Shown here piece after piece: positions 54,197 through 64,000 of a DNA stretch of 64,000 bases. How positions within the stretch are numbered: the first letter of the stretch is position 1; each line of letters opens with the position of its first letter. The notes under the pieces were generated by a model. It searched no databases. It saw only the letters and a program-made list of their open reading frames with translations, and had not been told where the DNA came from. The stretch lies in assembly GCF_009914755.1 (NCBI RefSeq), contig NC_060931.1. One strand, given 5' to 3'. Source of the DNA: the human T2T-CHM13v2.0 reference genome, Homo sapiens. A program made the position numbers and the translations under genes.

Positions 54197-55052
54197 ATAA
54201 ATGGAAGAAACAAAGAAGAGTACAGAGTTTGAAGTGTTCCATGAATTCTTGGCTCAAAATATGCACTGATCTTTTCATCTAGCAATAGAGTTCAATGCAA
54301 GATTGTATGTAATTTCCCTGACCTTTTTGCTCAAAGGCATTGAAATAATTTTTTCTTTAAATGGAAATCTAGTAGTGCCCGTTTGGGATTCCTGGTACCT
54401 AAAATTCCTTTCCACCCAACTGAGATGAAGGTGAGGCCATTTGGCCCCTCCATGCTGATCCCACCGGCACCTACAGGCAGAGTAACTCATGCACTAGGCA
54501 ACACTAACTCATTGTGATTAACTAGATAGATGGCTTACTGCTTTATTCAGAGTCCTTCCCTGATCCCTGACTTATGGGAAACTTGCCTCTCAGGCCAACA
54601 CAGTATTGGATCTGAGTGTGTAGACCTAACATGGGGACAACTTTGAGGTGTCTTGGAGAATAAGTACAGAACTGGGTTATAAGATTGTCCACCAAGAGCT
54701 TGAAAAGACAATCAACAGACATGTGAAAGAACTATCGAGAAAGTGACTCAGGAAGGAAACTCAAAGTACAGGCATATCTGAAGTAAGAACACATCCACTA
54801 ACAGAAGGACTGGTTAGCATCCAGGCATCACCCAGGTAATGGAAAACCTGAGCAACTGCAATTAAATGGCTTCAAAAAAATTTAAATAGCTGATTAAAAT
54901 TTAATGAAAAAGTTTAACCCTACTAATAATCAAATAAATGAAACAAAAATAATAATCGGATTCTATTTTAAGCCTATTTTTAAGTGATGATGCTCAGTGC
55001 TAACAAGCGTTCTATGAGATGGTCAGAGTCACATTTCCTGATAGAAGTGTAA

Positions 55053-55415
<363 letters not shown>

Positions 55416-56501
55416 CATATCTTTTAACCTAAAGAAGACTACTGTAATATTCGTATCTACAGCATTGAGGAAACCTTTACATATCAGTTAGGTTTATGTT
55501 TAGCTACATATAACAGAGATCCTAAAATAACAATGGTAAACTGCATAGGTGTTATTCTGCCAGGGAGGCTGCAAAATGTAGTACTTTAGCTGGACATTAT
55601 CAATCAAAATAAAACTGAGATTCTGTTATTAAGGAGGAAAGGTAGAATGGATGTCGGGTAGGTATCTAGCGATTTTTGCTCCATTGTCCTAGGGAGAAAA
55701 TTTGAACTTAAAAAATAATTTGTAAAAAGTAATTGATTTTCAGAGAAAAGCCTGAATTTCCAAATATAGGAAATATTTGCAATGTGTAAATCTATTCAGT
55801 TGTTCTGTATAATAAGTAATGTTGTTTGAGGAGTTTTAAATGATAGTTGGCCATGCTTATTTCATAATGTCAATTTTTTAAAAAAGCAAAATGTATTATT
55901 CTATAGTTTATAGTCTCAATTATGCAAAAATCTCAGAAGATTGTTATTTCATTTATACTTATCTTCATTTTTCGTATTTTCCATTCTGAGCACATTTCAA
56001 ATGCATGCTAAGAAAATTGTAGACATTATTTTTAAAATGATAATTGAAGGCAAATTTCCATATTTGAGAAAAAATATCTCAAATTGGAGATTTCTCATAT
56101 TGTTTCAAACAAAATATAAGGGACCAAGACATAGCCTGGTAATTTTTTTAAATTTTAAGAAAACAAATCCTATAAACAGTGAATTGGGGAAAGCAAATCA
56201 CCTTCAAATGAACTAAACTCATGTTGGCTACACATCTTGTCCTCTAGGGAACTAAATGCCAGAAGGAAAAGGACTGATGTTGTCATTTAGTCATCACATC
56301 ATCACAATCACTAACATTTACTGAGCACTTAATTGAATCGAAGCACTTTTATTTGCTTAACCAATGTCTTATGAAGTCCTATTTTAACAGGGGGTACAGG
56401 GACTTATTCATTGTCTCACAGATTGTAAATAATGGAGCTGAAATTCAAACCCAGTGTGATCCCCCTAAACTCTTTACATTCTGCTTAACCATTTATAGAA
56501 C

Positions 56502-56670
56502 TTTCTTTTTTTTTTTTTTTTAAATGGAGTCTCACCCTATTACCCAGGCTGGAGTGCACTGATGTGATTATAACTCTCTGCAGCCTTAAAGTCCTGAGCT
56601 CAAGTGATCCTCCTGCCTCAGCCTCCCAAGTAGCTGGGAACTACAGATGCGTGCTACCACTGCCAGCTAC
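56502..56670 (-). mobile_element. Alu right-arm monomer (FRAM/AluJ fragment)
   Basis: Single monomer; TSD tatagaacttt. Confidence 0.82.
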
Positions 56671-57176
56671 ATCTATAGAACTTTGAAGGAAACAAATTGT
56701 GATGCAAAGAGGTTATCATTGATGGGTACAGGAGTTTAGAAAATATGCCTCTCTCCTATGTACTTCAATAACTTCTCAAAGTCTTTCTGCAAATTACCAA
56801 GATATTAATCACAATGAATTAAATAATAGGACATTACAGAAGAAACAGACAGGTGATAGGCATCCACCCACCTCACATCTTAGAACTAAGTGTTTTAAAT
56901 CAATGACCTCTAATGGGGTAGGATGGATGCTGAGAAGTCTAAATAATGGACTTAACTTGGATACAAAAATGTTAAGGCCAGAACAATTTTTCATGTCACA
57001 GTTTTAAGAAGTCAGACCTGTCCTTGAGGCCACATGAGGAGCATCATTGTCGAGTGTGGCCTGGCTTGCTCGTGGGGGAATTATGTTGCAGTTCTTAGAG
57101 ATGTCCTCTGTGGCCATAGCTGTCTCTCCCTGGGTTACACCCTACTTCTCAGTCTCATTTTTTGTTTGTCTTTCAG

Positions 57177-57271
57177 CTGAAACTAAGATCTGCTTCAAAT
57201 ACTACCATGGAGTGAGTGGGGCCCTGCGAGCAACCACCCCCAGTGTCACGGTCAAAAACTCGGCAGCTCCT
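57177..57271 (+). CDS. HECW1: HECW1 coding exon (95 nt, phase 1 to 0): (P)[31 protein letters not shown]
   Basis: Acceptor tttttgtttgtctttcAG, donor T|GTAAGT (57272). In frame with the previous exon (C+CT = Pro). Confidence 0.97.
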
Positions 57272-57338
57272 GTAAGTCTCATTTCTCCGTCTTTGGTTAG
57301 ACCTAACTCTGGTCTTTCTTCACTTTCCTATTTTGTTC

Positions 57339-57344
57339 TTGTGC

Positions 57345-57379
<35 letters not shown>

Positions 57380-57382
57380 TGT
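57339..57382. repeat. (TG)n microsatellite ~70 nt downstream of an exon donor
   Basis: tgtgcgtgcg followed by ~14 TG units. Confidence 0.95.
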
Positions 57383-58143
57383 ACATACACACATATGGAG
57401 ATATACTGATAGATTGATTATGAATAAATGGAAAGACACCTCAAAATGGTCAAGAGGAATGAGATCCATAGTCGACCTTATTAAAGCTCATGCTACACTT
57501 GTGTGTTAGGGAGGAGCCAAGCTTCTTTATTTTCCTTAGATGGCCAAATGTTTCTAATAGAGACATGTGCAATCACAGTGAAGAAGCCTTTTCTTTGGAT
57601 CACATTTTTTAATTGTTTGGTTTTAAATATTTATATTTTCTTATGTTTTTATTTCTTTTAGTCTTGTAAATAAATTAATGGAGTAGGATTTATTGCCTCA
57701 GGTTGATTTTAGTCATAGAATTATAACATGATAGGCCTGGAAAGACCAGAATCTCTCACCCTTCTCTGTGTATAAATGAGGACAGTGGCCAAGGAGCCTA
57801 AATAATCTATCTCAGGTCACAGAACTCGTTGCAGATCCAGGATTTAAGTCACTTCTTTTGTTCCTTGCTGTGTGGCTTTGCTCAGGCCTGTGGTAATAGA
57901 TGCCATCTTCCTAAGTTACAATCCAGTTTTAATCTTTGTAGTGCTTCTCACTTAGTTCTTAATGCATCTGATTAGGCTGAAATGCACTGAGAAATGGCAT
58001 TCCTTTTCCTTTTCACATAAATTTTAAATGACCAACTGGGGAGGCTGGACAGAAACCAGTGGAGGACTTTGTCATGCTAGTGGAAATAAAAAAGACTCTC
58101 TCTTTTTTTTTTTTTTTTTTTTTTTTACATTAAAAAAAAAACA

Positions 58144-58438
58144 GTCCAGGCGCAGTGGCTCACGCCTGTAATCCCAACACTTTGGGAGTCCCCAGGCAGG
58201 CGGATCACTTGAGGTCAGGAGTTTAAGACCAGCCTGGCCAACATGGTGAAACGCTGTCTCTACTAAAAATACAAAATTAGCCAGGCATGGTGGCAAGCGC
58301 CTGCAATCCCAGCTACTTGGGAAGCTAAGGCAGAAGAATCACTTGAACCCAGGTGCAGTGAGCAGAGATCGCACCACTGCACTCCAGCCTGGGCAACAAG
58401 AGTGAAACTCCGTCTCAAAAAAAAAAAAAAAAAAAAAA
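58144..58438 (+). mobile_element. AluS
   Basis: Full body with a small right-arm deletion; A tail. Confidence 0.9.
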
Positions 58439-61400
58439 GAGAGAGAGAGAAAGTATTTGACATGAAATATGAATGATTCAGAAAGGACTTTGACTCCAAA
58501 AAATATTCCATTTTGCTGCTTTGCAAATCAGTTCTGCAGCATCCTGAAGATGAGCTAATTGAGGCCTTGGTAGTAAGCAGTAAGGTAAGCAGGCCCGAGG
58601 CCCAAAGCCTGGCTGCCTCCATCCTCGGCAGGACTGGACACTGAACTGGGTTTCCCATCCCGGAACTCATAGCGGGAAGCGCAGTGGGAAGAGAGGGAGA
58701 GGCACATGTGCTTTTGACGGCTTCGCTGTTTTTCCCTCACTGGCCATGCAGATTGGAACGTGATTCCTGTCTGACTCGGACAGCAATTTAAGTGTGAGAA
58801 TCTAGGGAAGTGTCCTCAGAGTGCCAGAACCTCTCTTCCAGGCCCGTTTGTTTGGGCATCCCTCAAAAGAGGGTACCCCTTAAAACCAGACATGTCCTGA
58901 CACCTGTTAGCCAATCATTGAGGGTGGAGTGACAACTAAATCAAGGTAGCTTAGAGACAGCTAAATCGAGGCAGAAAAGAAAAAGTGAACCAGAAGCTAG
59001 GGAGACAGAGCAGGAAGGCACTGAGCCCACAACAGGCAGAGAAGGAAGGAGGCAGGAAGTGGAGTGAAGCCAATTAGGGAAAACCCTTCCACTGCAGGCC
59101 TGGCCTCTTGCCAACACACAGCAGTTCACTGAATGAGGCAGACACAAGGATCCCTTAGCAGGAATGGGCTGTGCCCACTGATGGGACTGGCCTGTTGGCT
59201 CAAGGCTCGTAGGGGAGAGGAGTTCCTCACCTTCTTCTGCTCTGGAATGATACTGTGGGTGTGTTGGCCAGCCCTGGAATTCAAATTCTTACCTGAAGCA
59301 CTTTTTCTTATTTAAATAAAGCTCCCTAGAGCATTTGTCGTCTCTGAACTCAGCCTGCTGGAGACTCCAGATGTTCACCTGCTGCTCAGACCAGTGCAAA
59401 ATGTGACACATCATCACAGTGTTGTGCAATGTAGGCTTAAAATTAAGCAAGAGGCCAACTGCCCAGAAAATGGCCTCTAAAGTATGATGTACAGCCCCTT
59501 AGGGCAGGATAAATTTTCAACAAGCATATGCTCCCCAAGGGCTGCCATCACCAGAAACAAAGGCTTGTACCTCAGAAGAGGAAATGAGATGCTTCCATCA
59601 CACTGTTGACATAAGGTTCAGCAGGTGCCTGATTGCTACTGCCCTGACCTCATCTTTGTCATTCCACATGAGCTGCTGCTGCTCATACTTCAAACTCTGG
59701 CATCTTGAAATATTTTGACATATTGCTGTCACCCTGATTTTTATCTCCTTAATGATTTTGTCACACAAATCAGTAGACACTTGGGTTGACACTTGAATGT
59801 ACATCCTGCAGACAACTTCTAGTCCCCAAGCATGTGAGAGCTCGATCGCATAGCCCCTCTGCCACCAGGGACAAAGAGAGAAATCCTGGGCTCCTATTGT
59901 CATGGTGAAAATGAGTCCCTGGAGTCCCAGGGCAGAAGGCAGTACACACAATCCCACAGGACTGTATTTTCATGGGCAATTAGGTTTCATAGGAGCCACT
60001 GGGAGGAGCCCCCTTTGTTTGATGGCGTGGCACACTTTTCAAAGCTGTTTATCACGCATTATTCTAGTTGATGCCCAGCACATCTGTGGAGAGAGGCAGG
60101 AACTACCCTTCTGGTTAAGTGATCATTTGGCTATATGGTGATGGAGCAGAACCACATTTCGCTTATACTTTTTGCAACCCAGCTCAGTTTGGGTATAATC
60201 TAGCAACTTTCCGGGTTAAATAAGCCTTTGCAGTCTCGTCTGGGGACTTGAGCACACAGTTTCTAAGGGGAAATGCTGTGAGGTTTCCCTCTATCAATTT
60301 GTTGATAAACTTGGAGTGTCAACTTCTAGGTTGAGGATTGCTGCTGCTGCATTCATCTCTTATGAAGAGTTGCTGTGTATTGCCATTATATCATGTCCCC
60401 AAAGTCACTGAGTTGGTCTGTGACAATACGCTAAACCTACCATTCTTTGAAAAGGAGGAACAAGCTGTCACATGCTCCTTTGGTGTAATCAGCGCTTTAA
60501 TTTTCTGAGCATTGTATGGTCTCACGATGCATCAATTCTTTTTCTCATTGTCTTGTTCCCTCTCATCTTTGTCTTTGTCCCATGGGCAACTGTTGAGGTC
60601 CTTGTTTAAAAAGAGGTTGTCTTCTACTCTTGTCTTTCTGGGGCTCTCATTTATTGTATATCAGAAACTATGATGGATGTGCTTATAGAGATAAATGAAA
60701 TATAAGCCCTGTCACTGAGAACTCACGGTTACTCCATTATAAATTATAATACTATATAAAGTCTCCAGTACTGGAGCGTGAAGCCTGCTGTGCTGATGTA
60801 TAGAGAAAGCCGTGACCAGGCACCTGCAGCAGCTGTGCTGGCTGCGGAGGAGGGGGCGTGGCCTGAGGCAGGCGCCATGAGTGGGCCTTGGCCATGCCTT
60901 GAAGACAGACAGGCAAGGCCAGCAGAAGGGATGGCCTGTACAAAGGCACGGGGTGAGAAATGGCTGAGGCCTGGCAGGGAAGGAGACCTAGTTGTCTTAG
61001 GTTTAAAGAATATAGGACTTATTGTCCCTATATATCTTCCTGTTTTTCATACTTTTTGTGTCTTATTAGTAGCACCTATCACGTTTTATGTCTTTCTTTT
61101 ATTTTCTGTAGAAAATCACTGTCAAAGCAAGCTCTTCCTCTCCATATTCTGGCCCTTGCTAACTCCCCCTTGTGCATTACCATTACAGTCTTCTTAAATA
61201 AGCCCCATGATATGTTTTTCTTTCTCTGATTATACATCAAAAAACAGAAATCAGCCCATCACGACAGTTTGCCAAAGACAGGGTGGGTAAACTGTCCTTA
61301 GCCCAACACACAGTCCACTGAAAATAACCAGGCTGCCCTGCTGGGTCTAGACCTGACAGTGAGTTTTCACATCCTCCTCTTCCCACTCTCAGGCACCCAG

Positions 61401-62098
61401 CCGGCATCATCTGTAGGGGCTGCTGGAGGGAGTGGGGGCCCTCCCTTTGCCTGCCGGTTCTCCTGCAGTGCCGGAGACTCTGATGCAGTCTGAAGCTGTT
61501 GGTGTGAGCCAGGTAAGTGAGAGTCTTTCAAGTCCCGAGCATACTGCTCCCACACCTGGTTTATGAGACCCTCCCTACAGAGCGTTCACCTGGCAGTGCA
61601 GTGGGCCTCCTCCCCACCCACTCTGAGGCCTGGGACTGCGGCCTCCAGATAGAAAATAGGTAGCTGGGGAATGACTCTGGTAGAGTCCAAGCAATCGGGA
61701 AAGGCCACCAGCATGCAGGGCAGGCTGAGGACATGACATTCCCACCCCGTGTGGGGCCATCTACTCTGGAGTAGAGACTTCTCTAGATTTAGAGGCTGGG
61801 TCATGTGTAGTCAAAGATGTATTTCTTATGTTGTCTTTATCAGCATTAAAATGTGTGGAAAACCCATCAGGATTATGTTACACTGGATTATTCTTATTCT
61901 TACCTCAGATTGCTATTGTTTATTTATTTACTTCATATTCTGTATCTTCTGGCTCTTTCAATGAGAAGTTGGAAGTAAACATAGGAAGGTCCTCTTCTTC
62001 TTCCTTCATGTTAATCTAGTGCCTCTGCAACCAAGCTTTTGATAATAACTGAACAGCATAACATTCAAAGTAAAGTTATTTGCCAAAGAACAAAGAAC

Positions 62099-62402
<304 letters not shown>

Positions 62403-64000
62403 GAACAAAGAACAAATTTAAACTATCTTTTCACTAGTTCATGTTTACAGATTCATATACTTGTCAGACCCCCTGAGCAGAGGTAAGAGTTGACACTATT
62501 CTCTTAAAAAAAAAGGCAACTCAATAGGACATTTCCACACCAATATAGGCTAAATTAGCACTCTAAAATAGGGCCAAGATTTTCCTCCTCCACATCAGTC
62601 TGAGTCTCCTGCAGTGGACAAATAATTGATAAATACCCTCCCTTCCCCAAATTCTAGGTCATTACCTTTGGCTATAGTAGCATTTTTCTTGGGGATTTTA
62701 AAAGTAGATATTTCAAAAAAAATTTCAAGTCATAATAAAGCAACTATGGACCAGCTGCTATAGGTTATAAAATGTCCTGGAAAATACTTCAACCAAGTTA
62801 GTAGCATTAGTAGCAAAAGGAATCCACAGGTTGCCGACTGATGGGACCAGCTACCTAGAATTGTTAGACATAAGCCAATTAATTTGGAAGACACCTCAAC
62901 TTTATAATAAATGGTCTTGAGCCCTTGTGCTTGGCAGAGATTAAATGGCAAGACCAGGTTCCAATAAACATCAATCACCATGTATCTTCAATATTGGGGT
63001 GAAGGTCCCCAAAGTTGCCAAAGGATCCCCTTCATCCAGTGTGTCCAGATGAAGTCTCAATTTTACCCTTGAAATGTGTCAAAAAGGAGTATCCAAAAAC
63101 TAATGGAGAAGGAGAGTTTGTTCTCTGTTTAATTGGGATGGACTGCATTGCCCCAGTGAGATGGACCCACCCCCTGAGATCCCGGGAGAGCAGGCAGCCT
63201 TACACAGACCTCAGAACCACAGGACTGCCCAAGATGCTATTTTCTCTTAATTGTAGTTTTCTATTCATTATGTTATGTAAAGAACTGTCTCTGCACAAAG
63301 AGGGACTTGGGGAAATTTCAGAGTCATTTTCCTCAACTCGTAAGAAAATGGGGCTTTCTAAGGATTTAGTTGGAATTCTGGCTTTCATGATATCACCAGG
63401 TTCATGGCACTATAGCCATGTTCTTAAACTTGCCTCATTTCCAGTTCTGATTTTGGAAACTTGGCCCCATTGTATTTTGGGAAAGTGACATGGCATTTAT
63501 TTTTTGACTTGGATTTTATAATAGCCTTTGTGAATTGTTTTCCTGTTGCCTTACTATTACATCCAGAATTTATTTTTGCAGCATATCACCAATACTTAGC
63601 TAACCAGCACTAAAAGGAAACCTCATTAACAATACTATGATGAGACAAAATTTTGAGACTTAGTCCCTAATATTCTGAAAATCTGTTTTTAACTGAAGTA
63701 ATTCTAGTTATGCTAGGGAAGCAAGACGTCTGAAGAAGTTATACAGTACAATATTCTATTTTTATTTATTCCCTTCATAAATGTCTGCTAGCCTTTTCTT
63801 AGAGGAGAATTTAAGAAAGCATTTTGATTTGTAGGAGCTATAGATTAAATGATACAGATAAAACACAATAAAAGTAATCTTGAGTGCTTGAGCTAGAATT
63901 ACATACATGATTTATTTACATGCAAAGGATCAATGCTGCCCAGACATTTACTAGAGAGTTTTAGAATGACCTTTTTAAGGGGTTATTTTACAAGATCTTC

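Noticed and set aside
59598-59957. 119-aa minus-strand ORF with protein-like composition
   Set aside because: No recognisable family and no poly(A)/TSD pseudogene hallmarks; a BLASTX hit would be needed.
63015-63488. 157-aa ORF in apparently unique sequence
   Set aside because: Non-ATG start, no recognisable homology, and it does not match the next HECW1 exon as I recall it (IFKSIGADET).

Overview
Human (primate) genomic DNA: a mostly intronic 64-kb segment of HECW1 (NEDL1, a NEDD4-family HECT E3 ligase), transcribed on the + strand. Three coding exons can be spliced together by eye at canonical AG/GT sites: 7906-8230 (325 nt), 16936-17043 (108 nt) and 57177-57271 (95 nt). Together they encode 176 aa of the N-terminal region ([18 protein letters not shown]...GMYLI/DEVLSENF...[36 protein letters not shown]). 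The rest is about 20 Alus, several L1s, MIR/L2, MaLR LTRs, hAT MITEs and simple repeats; most other ORFs in the track are repeat-derived or chance ORFs. I see no convincing new gene or 'system'. The most unusual structures are: (1) a 146-bp, ~97% identical MIR-derived inverted repeat enclosing a (CCCCT)n tract; (2) an old L1PB that appears to carry a 3' transduction of an ERV LTR fragment inside one 17-bp TSD; (3) two inverted L1PA copies sharing non-consensus variants, suggesting gene conversion; (4) a very young AluYb; (5) exon phases and a perfect internal Kozak ATG that permit an alternative start, in-frame skipping and translatable circRNAs. Repeat subfamily calls come from remembered consensus sequences and need RepeatMasker/Dfam confirmation.
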